From Octopus vulgaris (taxonomy: Eukaryota), in contig OX597830.1 in assembly GCA_951406725.2 (NCBI GenBank), positions 47,802,001 to 47,866,000 on the forward strand: a DNA stretch of 64,000 nucleotides, in the 5' to 3' direction. Shown one piece after another: positions 1-12,899 of the stretch (position 1 is the first letter of the stretch; each line of letters begins with the position of its first letter). Position numbers and translations under genes: made by a program. The notes beneath the pieces were generated by a model that had not been told where the DNA came from, searched no databases, and was given only the letters and a program-made list of their open reading frames with translations.

Positions 1-164
1 TAAGCTTACCAGCCCTGGTTAGACTGTCCAACCCATGCCAGCATGGACAACGGATGTTAAATGATGATGATGATGGTGTGTGTGTGTGCATGTGTGTGTG
101 TGTGTGTGTATGTGTATACGTATATCTATGTGTATATTTATGTGTACGCACGCGTGCGTGCGTG

Positions 165-520
165 TGTGTGCACAGTCTGTGACAGACCATGCCTGTCTTT
201 TGCTGGCCTCAAATCTCATCTGCGAACACATGGAAAATGAACCTCCACCAACTATTCAGACTATATGTCTGTGCACACCTTCCAATGCAGTGTATGCCAA
301 AAGGTTTGCAAATCCAACAGAGGCCTGAAAAGACATGTTAAGATTCGCAAAGAGCAGAACTTATCTGCAGGTATTGGTGGTCCAAATTAGCAGTGCAATC
401 TACGTGGGTGTCTTTTCAGAACATTGTCTGGTTTAAAAAGCCACATCAGATGCCATGATGGTGCTAAGGTGTAGGTACAGGAGGTGGTCAAACTCTACAT
501 AAGGAGTAGACAACCACCAT
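165..520 (+). mobile_element. Degenerate 3' end of a LINE encoding tandem C2H2 fingers (second copy of 8605-9105)
   Basis: Aligns by eye with 8750-9105 including 3' UTR gtcaaactctacataaggagtagacaac and (TA)n tail. Confidence 0.75.
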
Positions 521-769
521 ATATATATATATATAAGAGAAAATGGTGTCATTGAGACCCAAAGGTGTTAAGTAATGCTGAGTAAGTGCTATAGACAGAC
601 CATAATTATGTTCCAGACTCGGTAATATTACGAATAAAGGGTTCAACGTTGGTTCTATGTCAGTGTGTGTATATATGAATTCTATGACTTAATTTTTCCT
701 CTCACACCGTCTCCGATGAATACTATAACTACTTAGCTGTGCACCTTCATATACATATATTATCATCAT

Positions 770-1000
770 TGTTGTCGCTTAACGTCCGCTTCCCATGCTG
801 GCATGGGTTGGATGGTTTGACTGGGGACTGGCAAGCCAGGAGGCTGTACCAGGCTCCAATCTGATCTGGCAAGGTTTCTACAGTTGGATGCCCTTCCTAA
901 TGCCAACCACTCTGACAGTGTAGTGGGTACTTTTTGTGTGCCACTGGCACGAGGGCCAGTCAGGTGGCACTGGCATCAGCCTACACTCGAATGGTGCTGC
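770..1000 (-). mobile_element. RTE LINE 3'-tail copy
   Basis: tttaacgtccgc..ccatgctggcatgggttgg...ggatgcccttcctaa, same as the 3' end of the LINE at 32503. Confidence 0.8.
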
Positions 1001-1348
1001 ACAACAAAACTGAACCTGGCTCCATGCAGTTGTTAGATGGAATGTTTAACTCTGCACTTATTTTTGCATCTCACTTCATTATAAAAATAACCATTTTGCA
1101 AATCCAGTTAGTTGTAGTTAAGACAAGCTAAGCTGCCAATATTGGCACCTCACCATTCTATAAGGAAATTAAATAAAGAGGTTTATCCAAAATTCCCCAA
1201 AAGTGATTCCAAGTAGACAATTTGGCACTGGAAGACATCATTGCTTTTAACACATTTTCTTCACAGAAATTGTGTAACACACTTTCCGTTTCTTTCTTCA
1301 TAACATTAATAGTGAATGTATATTATATAATTACATATACATACACAT

Positions 1349-1381
<33 letters not shown>

Positions 1382-2487
1382 CAAGTAACACATACAAACC
1401 ATCTCATATACACACTAGCAAATCACACACAATCATACACAGACACATATGAACAACCAGATTATAATAAAGCTGAAAGATTCCATTTATCCTTCTATCA
1501 AACTAATCTTTAATATTACACACACACACACATGTGTGTATGTGTGTATGTGTATATGTGTGTATGTGTATATGTGTGTGTGTGTGTAATCTTATTAGAA
1601 ACTAACTAAATAGAACGAAATATGGTGATGGTGGTGGGTGTATGTGTGGTGGGTATAGATACATACATGATGTTGTGGTTAATTTTATTATTATTATCAT
1701 TAGCATACTTTTTTTTAATCTTATTTTATCTCTTAACGAAGCAGAAGTTTGGCAAAATCTTGGCGCTTCTTATTGCATTGGCAATATAACGCACAATAAC
1801 AACTTTGGCATACTTTTTTTTCTTTATCAGTTGAGGACCTAATACTAAGGACTCAGAAACAAGGTGCCAATCAAACTACAATGGTTCTCAGAAAGAAAAA
1901 AAGGGGAAAAAGAATGAAAGAAAGAGAGCAGATCTGAAACACTTCCAAAATAATTAAACGAATAAAATCTCCTTCCAGGTTCAATGTGAACTGGAGGTCA
2001 AGAGTTTTTAAAAGCTTCCTAAACTTGTTAGATTAAAATTCTAATGTATGCTGTACATTACTGTTCAAAATGGTGTTAAAGCAGATTTTACCAAATAGGT
2101 GCTGAAAAATGATCTTAGACATGAAAATAATATAATCATAAGAAGACATGTTTCTCCAAGACAGATACTAAATAATGACCTTTTTGCTAGAATTCAGTAG
2201 CAACCCGATACAAAATTATAAAATAGATAATTTGATCAATTCATAAGTGAGAAAGGATTCTGGGAAATTGATTGACAAAGGAGATTAAAATTTTTTTTTT
2301 TTCATTTCTCTTTTAAAATTTAATTTTCTTTCCAAATTTCTTTCCATTTATCCTGTTTTTCATTTCTTTCATATCAGATATTTTCTGAATGACAGTTTAG
2401 TCAGGAAATATTAACTTTTTGATTTTCTGTCAAATTTAATGCAACAAGAAATGTTTTTAACTTTTTTTTTTTTTTTTTTTTTTTTTG

Positions 2488-2693
2488 TACTTGTTTCAGT
2501 CATTTGACTGCGGCCATGCTGGAGCACCGCCTTTAGAGTGGTGAAAGAGTACAGCAGGGATCACCACCATCCCCTGCCGGAGCCTCGTGGAGCTTTTAGG
2601 TGTTTTCGCTCAATAAACACACACAACGCCCGGTCTGGGAATCGAAACCGCGATCCTCCGACCGCAAGTCCGCTGCCCTAACCACTTGGCCAT
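2488..2693 (-). mobile_element. Short tRNA-headed SINE sharing its 3' tail with SINE family A
   Basis: Minus strand: A box TGGCCAAGTGG, B box GGTTTCGATTCC, tail ggcggtgctccagcatggccgcagtcaaatgactgaaacaag, then poly-A (2462-2486). Confidence 0.8.
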
Positions 2694-3087
2694 TATAAAT
2701 CTTTTTGCTTTTGTTTTCTTGTTTCTTTTTCAGTTGATTACTTGTATACAACACTAACTTCTACACCAACTTAGACATCAAAATTTGCTTAATGTAGAAT
2801 ATACATTATTGTATATTCTATGATATTATGCAATTCTGGAGTCGTAGTTGTTTTACTTGTTTGGCAAGTGACTTGCAGAGATGCAGAGGAATTGGGTAAC
2901 TGACCAAGAGGTAGAAATGTAAATGCAAAAATCCTACAAAGTCAAATTTGCTTTTCATCTTTTTCAAGGTTGATAAAATAAAGTCAAATAACGGGGTCAG
3001 TGGTATCAGCTAAGCCCCTTCCTACATAATTGCTGGCCTCTCCTTAGATTAAAACACACTGTTGTTATTATTATTATTATTATTATT

Positions 3088-3430
3088 CTGTGTTTGACTT
3101 TTGCTTTACATTTGGACAAGTTGGCTGCAAGTCTCACCCAGAAACCTCAAGAGAGATCAAGTTGGAAGTTCATGTTGATGTTAGGCCTAGGGTGCCATAT
3201 ATTTGGTTTTGTACAAAGAGTTGTTCTAGAGAATGTTTAAGAAACTATAACACAAAATTGTGTGTGCTTTAAAACTTGAGATTACATAGAGAGTATTTTG
3301 CGTAGGATATGGGCAGTTCCCACGAGCACTATCTTTTGAATTTCTGCCACTTTTGGGTTTCCTTGTACTGAGCTAGGTAGCAATCAGCCCCTTTTGATAT
3401 CATTCCTAGGGCACCTATGACAACAAATAT
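3088..3430 (-). mobile_element. 3' fragment of an R4/Dong-like RLE LINE
   Basis: Encodes VVIGALGMI...IQKIVLVGTAHILRKILSM*, homologous to the C-terminus of the 4770-6292 element; (TTA)n on both sides. Confidence 0.8.
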
Positions 3431-3449
3431 TGTCTTCTTCTTCTTCTTC

Positions 3450-3473
3450 TTATTATTATTATTATTATTACTA

Positions 3474-3504
<31 letters not shown>

Positions 3505-3508
3505 TATT

Positions 3509-3539
<31 letters not shown>

Positions 3540-3567
3540 TTATTATTACTATTATTATTATTATTAC

Positions 3568-3606
<39 letters not shown>

Positions 3607-3624
3607 TATTATTATTATTATTAA

Positions 3625-3657
<33 letters not shown>

Positions 3658-3707
3658 CATTATTACTATTATTATTATTACTATTATTATTATTATTATT
3701 ATTATTA
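3450..3707. repeat. (TTA)n microsatellite
   Basis: Direct; source of poly-I/L/Y ORFs. Confidence 0.98.
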
Positions 3708-3915
3708 AGGCATCAAGCTGGCAGAATTGTAGTATGCTGGACGCAATACTAAGCAGTATTTTGTCTGTCGCTACATTCTGAACTGAATTCAAATTCTGCT
3801 GAGGTCAACTTTGCTTTTCCTCCTTTCGGGGTCTATAAATTAAGTACCAGTGAAACACTGGGGTTGATGTAATTGACTAGTCCCCTCCCCATAAATTTAC
3901 ATCCATGAGCCTTTA
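3708..3915 (+). mobile_element. SINE family B copy
   Basis: agctggcagaa...ttcaaattc...gaggtcaactttgc...cctttcgggg...taagtaccag, matches 38252-38482. Confidence 0.75.
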
Positions 3916-4077
3916 TAACATTTATATCCACAAAACTACTGCAGAAAATTAAACCTCCTCAGACTTCCTTCTACTCTGCTGCTTTCCATTTAATTTTATT
4001 CTATTTCCCACCCACCCTCCTTTACCTTCCTAACCTTTCCTATTAACATCATTACCCTGTTATCTCACTATATATAT

Positions 4078-4147
<70 letters not shown>

Positions 4148-4728
4148 TGGTGATTTAAATAAGAGTTTTGATTGTTATTTCAAGCAGGTAGAGATACTTA
4201 GTATGTCCTTTGATTAATTTTAATCCTTCAGCTATTTAATTCTCTTTTGGGGGCCTGCAATCACCTATATTATTGATTCTGTTATTATCATTTTTAAATT
4301 CTTACACTAGATAATAAAAGAGTCAATGATCTCTTTGTAAATTCATTTTTCATGAATTTTGTTTTTCTCATGAATTATTTGCTCCATATTGAAATTACAT
4401 ATATATATATATATATATATATAAATTAATTAATTAATATATATTTATTAATTTCTTTTTGACTCTCTTTGACAGCTGTTTTGTTCCAGTTCCCCAAACA
4501 ACAACAGGAGTAATTTTCGCTCTCATGCTCAGAGATGTTTTTTTTTGTTTTCTTTTTAGTTCTCTAATCAATTCAAAATATTTTATTCTTTTCTGTTTTG
4601 TTCATATTCTCAAAGCTATCATAATCATGGTGAATGCTATGAAACAGAAATAACTTCTCAATGGACAAACTTCATAACCAGTAGAAGCAGTGCTGAGACC
4701 TCAAGCATCACATGCGTGCACACACACA

Positions 4729-4769
<41 letters not shown>

Positions 4770-4772
<3 letters not shown>

Positions 4773-6292
4773 GAACAAACATACAAATATTTAGGGATAA
4801 ATGAAGGCTCTGGTATTCAGCATGCAAGCATGAAAGAGAAAATCAGGAAGGAATGTTATAGGAGAGTTCATGCAGTCCTGAAATCTGAACTAAATGCACA
4901 TAACAAGGTGTTATCTATAAATTCCTTAGCAGTTCCAGTTGTTACTTATAGCTACAATGTGTTGAACTGGAATATGAGTGAAGTAAAGAATATAGATAGG
5001 AAAATACGCAAGCTGCTGAGTTGTAATAGGATGCACTACCCAAAGGCAGACGTAGATCGCCTTTACCTTCCCAGAGCCCAAGGAGGTCGAGGCCTGATCC
5101 AATTTGAACTAGCTTACAAAACAACCACAATTGGACTGGCCAAATATCTCGAAATATCGAATGACTGGATGCTAAAGCTCGTGGAAAATCACGAGAGACG
5201 AAAGAAGCTTCATTCTATCATAAAGGAAAGCAAAAAATTTGCTATTGATCTCGTGCAGGATACCCAAACTGAACAACCTGAGGGAAGTACGGCAACTATT
5301 GTTGCAAAGAAGGTGAAAATGATGGCAATGAAAAAAGCGCACGAGCAATTGGCTGATAGGTGGGAGGAGAAACCTCTGCACGGCAAATATGTGACCCGCA
5401 GCAAACAAGCTGATGTTGACCAGAAGCAAACCCATCAGTGGCTACGGAGCTCAGGGCTAAAAGCAGAGAGCGAAGGTTTCATCCTGGCTGCTCAAGATCA
5501 AAGCCTATTAACCCGGAACTACCAGGCCAATGTGATGAAAAATGGAGCAGACCCAAAATGCCGATTCTGCAACGACATGATTGAAACAGTGGACCACCTA
5601 ATCTCTGGATGTAAAGTCTTAGCACCAGTGGAGTATAAATTAAGACATGACAGAGTTGGCCAATATCTACACTGGCTAATAAGTCGGCATTACAATATCA
5701 AAACTGCCGACAAGTGGTATAATCACCACCCTGAGGCTGTAACTGAAGGAGAAAATGTAACCATTCTGTGGGACTTTCCAGTACATACAGACTGAACCGT
5801 CAAGGCCAATAAACCAGATATTGTTGTGAAAGACCAAAACAATAAAGTTTGCTTATTGATCGACAGGAGCATCCCCTGTGATCATAATATCTCAGCGAAA
5901 GAGTTTGAAAAGCTCAGAAAATATAAAGACCTACTCATTGAAATTGAGAAAATGTGGCATCTCAAGGCGGTTACAATACCAGTGATCGTAGGAGCACTAG
6001 GAATGATCAAGAAGGGAACCGAAAATTATATGAGAATGATCCCTGGCTTACCATCCCTGCAAAAGTGCAAAAGATTGTCTTAACTGGTACATCACACGTA
6101 CTGAGAAGAGCATTGTCGATGTGAGAACTGTTGCTGCTCATGTATTTTAATTTAACTTAAAAAAAAAAAATGAACGAACTACTGAGTTTGGTTTAATGGC
6201 CTACTAATGTATACTATGAGTTTCTTTGCCCTAGGAGTCGGGAAGACACTCGGCAAGAAATGGAAGCAAATTTGAAAGAAGGAAAAAAAAAA
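4770..6292 (+). mobile_element. 5'-truncated R4/Dong-like non-LTR retrotransposon with restriction-like endonuclease, pseudogenised
   Basis: Starts at RT YKYLG; CCHC knuckle CRFCNDMIETVDHLISGC; KPDIVV...ID...P and KYKDL RLE motifs; in-frame TGA at 5793-5795 and frameshift near 6060; (AAT)n on both flanks. Confidence 0.9.
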
Positions 6293-6338
<46 letters not shown>

Positions 6339-6965
6339 TGATGATGATGATAGTCAGCATTAAATTTAATTTGAACACCCGTAAATGTTTTGATGACACC
6401 AGCCCAAGTGTTCTGGTGGTGAAAGCATTAGGAGAGGAGCTTCATAGCAGGGTTTTGTATTAGCAACACATTTATTATTGGTAGAAAAAGGAAATTTCCC
6501 AAACATCAGACGGATTAGTGAATGTGCTTAAACCATAGAAAATGACATCCATAAAACCAGAGTAAGAGAAAACTAGAAAGGAAAAGGAGAAGATTATAAC
6601 TGGGATTCGATGGATAAAGAGAGAAATAGTAAAGGATGAGAGATGAGTAAGGAAGAGAAATAAAGGGGCAAGAGAATGGTTTGGTGAAGAATGAAAGTAG
6701 AAAACCATGAAAACAACAACAAAAAAATGTTATAAAAGTCTCTGGGATTATCCAGAAGGATCAAACTGTTTCTTTTTTTTTTTTTAAGAACCTTAACAAT
6801 TACTCTTACAGCCAAGAATCTTCATGCACCAAAACAAAGAAGTGCCATATTCAATTACATCCCGGTTATATCATCATCATCTTCGTTATCATTGTTTTAT
6901 GTCTGTTCTTCGATGCCAGAATAGGTTTGACGAGTGTAACAGGACTCTTTGAAGCAGTCTTTTAA

Positions 6966-7185
6966 CCATTTAGCATCCAGGTTATCCCATGAGATATAAG
7001 GCTTATTTATTCAAACTGTTTCGAATTTTTCAAGCATTATCTCATGGCTTCAAGATTTTAGTGATGTGACTGTTAATTTTTACAACAACATTGTAGGTTA
7101 GGCGTGAGAGGTCACATATGGCCAGTTTGCACGTAAAACAAGTAGAATGTTTTGGCTGGATATAGGCAGATTAAATGCTAAACAC
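6966..7185. mobile_element. TTAA-flanked MITE, related to 59478-59757 in opposite orientation
   Basis: ttaa-ccatttagcat ... atgctaaacac-ttaa; internal similarity to the 59.5 kb copy. Confidence 0.55.
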
Positions 7186-7708
7186 TTAAGATTGGATGCC
7201 CCATCATCATCGTCATCATCATCACCATCATCCACATTTTAATGCCTGGATGCCTTTCCTATCACCAACCCCTGCTTGTTTCCAAAGGAGGTAATAATCT
7301 CCCTGTCTATCAAACAACTGCCCAGACATGTTTCATGCAGTGAACTAGAAACAAAGAGGACCATCTAAGGACTGTTTTTGTTTAGAGAGATTGCACAACA
7401 TGTCAAGAACCCCATGTGAGAATCACTTTAGTGCTGGACTGCAGATCATTGGTACCAGCAAGAAGCCATTGTTTACAAAGCAGCAAACATGAGGGGCAAC
7501 TCACATACACATACACACACACATTCATCCATCTGTAAATACATACATATATACATGTATATATGCATATATGCACATATATACATACATTGCAGCTTAC
7601 AGCATTGAAAACAAGTTAAGTTGGATGAGCAAATCAATATTCATTATGAAGACTACTTTTGTTGCTAATAGCTAATACACACACACACAAACACACACGT
7701 GTATATGT

Positions 7709-7753
<45 letters not shown>

Positions 7754-7778
7754 CATTTATAGACATGTATATATATAT

Positions 7779-8512
7779 CATCATCATCGTTTAAGGTCCG
7801 CTAACCATGCTAGCATGGGTTGGACAATTTGACTGTGGGCTGGTGAACCAGATGGCTGCACCAGGCTCCAATCTTGATCTGGCAGAGTTTCTACAGCTGG
7901 ATGCCCTTCCTAACGCCAACCACTCCGAGAGTGTAGTGGGTGCTTTTACGTGCCAGTATGCTCCGATGGATGTATAATGTCAGTGTGCATACTCAACAGA
8001 GTGTTAGTACCTTGAGAGAAAAGTTGGACCTAAGAAGCATCAGATGTGGTGTGCAAGAGAGACGACTGCACTGGTATGGCCATGTGGCGAAAATGGATGT
8101 GGATAGCTGTGTGAAAAAGTGCCACACCCTAGCGGCTGAGGGAATCTGTGGAAGGGGTAGACCCAGGAAGATCTGGGATGAGGTGGTGAAGCATGACCTT
8201 TGAACATTGGGCCTCACTGAGGCAATGACTAGTGATCAGGACCTTAGGAAATATGCTGTGCTTGAGAAGACTTGGCAAACTCAAGTGAGACCATAACCTT
8301 GTGGCCTATGCCAGGGGTGTAACCAGCCCACTTATGCATACCTTTCCTTCACTGGACACTAAACTCTGCTTGCGAAGACCTGTTGAGGCAAGTGAATCGG
8401 AATCGAAATCAAATTCAATGACTGGCATCCATGTTAGTGGAGCACTAAGAGTACCATACAAGCGTGATTGTTGACAGAGCAACAAGCTGGCCACCGTGCC
8501 GGTGGCATGTAA
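7779..8512 (-). mobile_element. RTE LINE insertion with inverted 5' part
   Basis: 7779-7953 is the 3' tail on minus; 7953-8512 is the ORF end (ASMLRWM...WYGHV...GRGRPRKIW) and UTR on plus. Confidence 0.8.
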
Positions 8513-8604
8513 AATTTATTAACATTGTTTCTTTTGTCATATCTGTGGCAGAATTGTGCCTCAATTTAAGTACCTAATTTAATGGTATCTTAATTATATT
8601 TTTA

Positions 8605-9102
8605 TGTATATGGCTCCCACAAAGTATTCAGGCCAACGCTCTAAATGTGGAGTGAAAATATTGGAAGAGGCCAGGATAATTCATGTAAGACTCAAAAGAG
8701 ATCTAAGGAAGAATGAAACAATCAAGAAGGTGAATGACAATGGCCTTTTTTGTGTGCACAATCTGTGACAGACCATGCCTGTCATTGGCTGGCCGCAAAA
8801 CTCATCTGCGAACCCATGGAAAACGAACCTCCACCAAATATTCTGCCTATGTGTCTGTGCACACCTTTGAATGCAGTGTATGCCAGAAGGTTTGCAAATC
8901 TAACAGAGGCCTCAAAAGACATTTTAAGATCCACAAAGATCAGAACTTAACTGTAACCCCTGGTGGTCCAAATCAGAGGTGCAACCTATGTGGGTGTCTT
9001 TTCAGAACATTGTCTGGTTTAAAAAGCCACATCAGATGCCATGATGGTTGTAAGATGTAGGTACATGAGGGGGTCAAACTCTACATAAGGAGTAGACAAC
9101 GA

Positions 9103-9105
<3 letters not shown>
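8605..9105 (+). mobile_element. 3' end of an RTE/BovB-like LINE whose C-terminus carries three C2H2 zinc fingers (ORF 8734-9060)
   Basis: Three CxxC-x12-HxxxH fingers; upstream LEEAR......KRDLRK in a shifted frame; short UTR and (TA)n tail; second copy at 165-520. Confidence 0.7.
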
Positions 9106-9143
<38 letters not shown>

Positions 9144-9211
9144 CATACAAATATGCTGAAATAGAGAGGACTACTGATAGTTAGTATAATCGTCAATAAA
9201 CCAATACTTAC

Positions 9212-9317
9212 CAATGCATGAAGGATTTCGTGTTTAATAGTTGACAAAAGCTGTTTGGTTTGCTGTGGACTTGTTGATAGGAAATATGGACAGATACTAA
9301 AATATCCAGCAACGGGC
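9212..9317 (-). CDS. LMLN: LMLN catalytic exon: (R)PVAGYFSICPYFLSTSPQQTKQLLSTIKHEILHAL
   Basis: 106 nt, acceptor ctctctctag, donor gtaagt, phase 2/0; zinc-binding HExxH (HEILH) and RP.AG...CP motif. Confidence 0.96.
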
Positions 9318-9359
9318 CTAGAGAGAGGATTTATGAAAATATAATTTACAAAATAATAA

Positions 9360-9387
9360 GAAAGGAAGAAAGAAAAGAAAAGAAGGA

Positions 9388-9446
<59 letters not shown>

Positions 9447-9500
9447 GAAAGAAAGAAAGAAAGAAAGAAAAAAGAAAGAAAGGAAAGAAAGAAAGAATGA

Positions 9501-9552
<52 letters not shown>
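9360..9552. repeat. (GAAA)n microsatellite just upstream of the LMLN catalytic exon acceptor
   Basis: Direct. Confidence 0.95.
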
Positions 9553-10820
9553 CAGACAGGCAAGCAGGCAGATATGACTGATGTAATTCTAGATAATTAG
9601 AGACTGGATAATAGAGACTTTGGAGGCTAGGATTAGAGACAAGCAAAAAGCTAGACAGACTTTAAAAAATGATGGACAGAGTGGTGGGGAGAGATGTACA
9701 GTGATAAAGAGAGAGAGAGAGATACAGAGAATAATAGAGGGATAAACACAATGATAGACAGACACACTATGAGTGAGAGAGAGAGACACACACCCACACC
9801 CACACACACACATAATAACAGCTGACACAGTGATAGAGGGATACACACAGAATGACAGACAGATATATACAAGATGATAGACAGATGCAGAATGCTAGAG
9901 AGAGACACTAATTGATAAACGAACATACAAGGATAGACAGAGAGACTGAGGTAGAGAGGAAGAGAGAGAGAGATGGAGAGAGGAAGAGAGAGAGGGAGAG
10001 AGGAAGAGAGAGAGAGGTAGAGAGAGAGAGAGAGAGAGGGAGAGAGGAAGAAAGAGAAGTAGAGAGAAAAAGAGAGAGAGAGGTATAGAGGAAGAGAGAG
10101 AGAGGGGGGAGAGAGAGAGGTAGGGAGAACATTGATAGACAGAACTGCAGTGACATTTCTAAGAATGTTTGAAAACAAGACAAAAGGAAAAAGCGACAAC
10201 GTCTAACTTCTACCTAAGAACAATAAATCGGCCAGCTACGTGTTTTTATAGAATTGCAAGTTTGTTCCAAAGATCTGGATAAAGTCCTGTTATCCAGTTT
10301 AACAATTCACAATTAACAGATTTCTTTCCTCCCTAATTTCATTTAGTCTTTTTTTTTTTTTTAATTTCCTAATTAAATTGCTCTTGAAATAATTAAAGGA
10401 TTTTTTTTCTAATTATGTGAGCAGATGTTGCGATATCCTGCTTTAGTAATATTCATTGTGACATTTTGAAGAGAGTTTGTAAATTATAGAGAAAAAAGAA
10501 CAAATATGAGAGAGAGAGAGAAGTGACAACAAAAAATGTGGACAATAATGAGGGCGAGAGGGGAAAAAAGAGGGAGTGAAAGGAGGAGGAGAAAGAAATA
10601 AAGAGACAAGACAGGAGGAGGAGGAAAGGGAAAGTAGACAAAGGGAAGAAAAAGAGGAAGGAGAGAGAATCAACGATGAAAGGGAAAAGAAGAAGAAGAA
10701 GAAGAAGAAAAGAACTAAAGAAAAGTGTTTCTGATTGAAGGGTTGGTGTTTTGTGTTGTTGCTTGTTTTTATGGCATTAGTGTGAAGTGAGGTTGATGTG
10801 GAAGGCATTCCATTCCTTAC

Positions 10821-10987
10821 CTGTCGAGAGCTCTTTCTTGTTGGCAGTAAGCTGCATAGGCAACTGTGTTCCCATGGCGACAACGTTCTGAAGAGAGTGT
10901 GGCTACGTAAAGGATGAAGTCAGCATTGCTGACCCCAGGCCCTCTTGTACCTTTGCTGCTTTCATCACAATCAACACAAAAACATGT
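10821..10987 (-). CDS. LMLN: LMLN exon: [55 protein letters not shown](R)
   Basis: 167 nt, acceptor tttgtttgcag, donor gtaagg, phase 0/2; ADFILYV and AYAAYCQQE...DR M8 motifs. Confidence 0.96.
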
Positions 10988-12291
10988 CTGCAAACAAAAA
11001 TATTTCATCAAAAATTTTTCATCAAAGACATTGTATATATAATATTTATAACAAATGCATCCTAAAATCAGATGAGACCCTACCAAGAAGTCTTTAAACC
11101 AGGGGTCCTCAACCATTTTTCTGTCTATGGACCCCTTTGATTACTATTTCAATGTTTAGAAACCTTTTTAGAAACTTCTTTCCAAATTCCTATCTTGTCT
11201 TTCACACATTAATTTGTTTAGGCTGAACTTTGTAAAATGCAAGAGAAAGAAACCTAGCTGTTTCCTCAACACATGCCCATACAACCGCATCCCATTCACC
11301 CTCGCCAGCATCCCCATCAAGTCCTGTGTGGTTAAGAAAGTTGCTTCCCAACCACATGGTTTCAGGTTCAGTCCCACTGCTTACCACCTTGAGCAAGCAT
11401 CCTCTACCACAGTCCCAGGTTGACCAAAGCTTTGTGAGTGGATCTGGTAAATAGAAACTGTGTAGAAGCCAACCATATAAGTATATGTATGTGTGTGTGT
11501 GCATGCATGTGTGTTTGTGTGTGTGTGTGTGTGCATGCATGTGTGTTTGTGGATGTGTGTGTGTGTGCATGCGTGCGTGTGTTTGTGTGTGTGCATGCAT
11601 GTGTTTGTGTGTGTGTGTGCATGCATGCGTGTTTGTGTGTGTGTGTGCATGCATGCATGTTTGTGTGTGTGTGTGTGTGTCCTTGTCTTAGTATATTGGG
11701 ATAGCTGTAAATGAATATCCCTGTCATACAAGCAGTGTCTTTCATTTCCAATAGTCAGTAAAAACATGTCTGGCCATGGGTAAATGTTACTTCCCTTGGA
11801 AACAGGTGAGGGTTGGTGACAGAAAGGGCATCCAACCACAGAAAATCTGCCTCAATAATCTTTGTCCTACCATGCAAGCATGGAAAAGTGGATATCAAAT
11901 GAAGAGGATGACTGTGCACTGACCGGTCTGATCTCCAATTATCATCAGATGTTTTGTTCCTAGATTTATACATAATACCAGGCTGGATTTGAACCAGGAA
12001 CCTTTATCTCTAAACTAAGGATAGTAATGCTCTTATCGCAGGCCAACCTTATGAATGAACATATCTAAAGATGATGCTAATAGTCTGGAAAGTTAAACAT
12101 TTAATTAACCACCACTGAGAGATTTAGACCCAAGCCAATCAGTTAATTAATTAATACAACAGGAGAGAATTAAAGAGAGGAAGAAAGAGGAAGAGAGTAT
12201 TAAAAGGAAAAAAAAAATGAATAAATAAAATTCCTTTTACTCCCACAAAGTGTAAGATAGAGCAAGTATAAAGTAAAGCAGTGATTATTAC

Positions 12292-12403
12292 CTCCAGGTG
12301 TTCCTCAGGTATGGTGATGTCACCACAGATGGTTTTTTTGTCACATTCTCCTCTGCAAAATAGTGTTTGGTTTTCGTAACCTACCTTCCCTGATTTGCAT
12401 TTC
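12292..12403 (-). CDS. LMLN: LMLN exon: (R)KCKSGKVGYENQTLFCRGECDKKTICGDITIPEEHLE
   Basis: 112 nt, acceptor ttttattccag, donor gtaata, phase 2/0; C..EC...T.CG...IPEEHL motif. Confidence 0.92.
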
Positions 12404-12524
12404 CTGGAATAAAACAGAGGAATTATAGATTATTGGCTGAGGAAAGACAATGGCCAAGCGGGTTAGGTATTATTGAACTACTGGGACGAGAGTCAAGAGT
12501 TTGACTCTTTTTCTGGGATTGGAT

Positions 12525-12899
12525 ATTTACCTCCGCTTTAGCAAAGGCAGAGATATTGTTTTCAGTCGTGTTTGCTTGTTTGTTTGTCTATGGACAAGAT
12601 ATCTCAAGAACAGCTGGATGGATTCGGATGTAATTTTCAGTTATGTTTGGCCTCGTGATTGGCACAAACTGATTAGATTTTGGGATCAATCCAGTACCAG
12701 ACAAGGATTCTGGATTATTTTTCCAGTTTTGTTTTTACTTAATTTTTGAGAACAGTTGGGTTCATTTTTAGTATTCTTGTTTCTGAGAGCAATCGAGTTT
12801 ATTTCAGATATTCTCATTTTGAAAATCTCCTCTGGTTAATTGTTCAGAGGCCATTGGTGTTGCCTTGGCAGAGGTTTGCACTCTCTGAGTGCTCTTGTT
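12525..12899 (+). mobile_element. Non-autonomous Helentron-like element (HINE/DINE-1 architecture)
   Basis: 5' TACCTCCGC and 3' GGCAGAGGT subterminal inverted repeats, (GTTT)-like tract near 5' end, 3' hairpin GCACTC-TCT-GAGTGC (12878-12892), ends in T-rich site. Confidence 0.7.
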
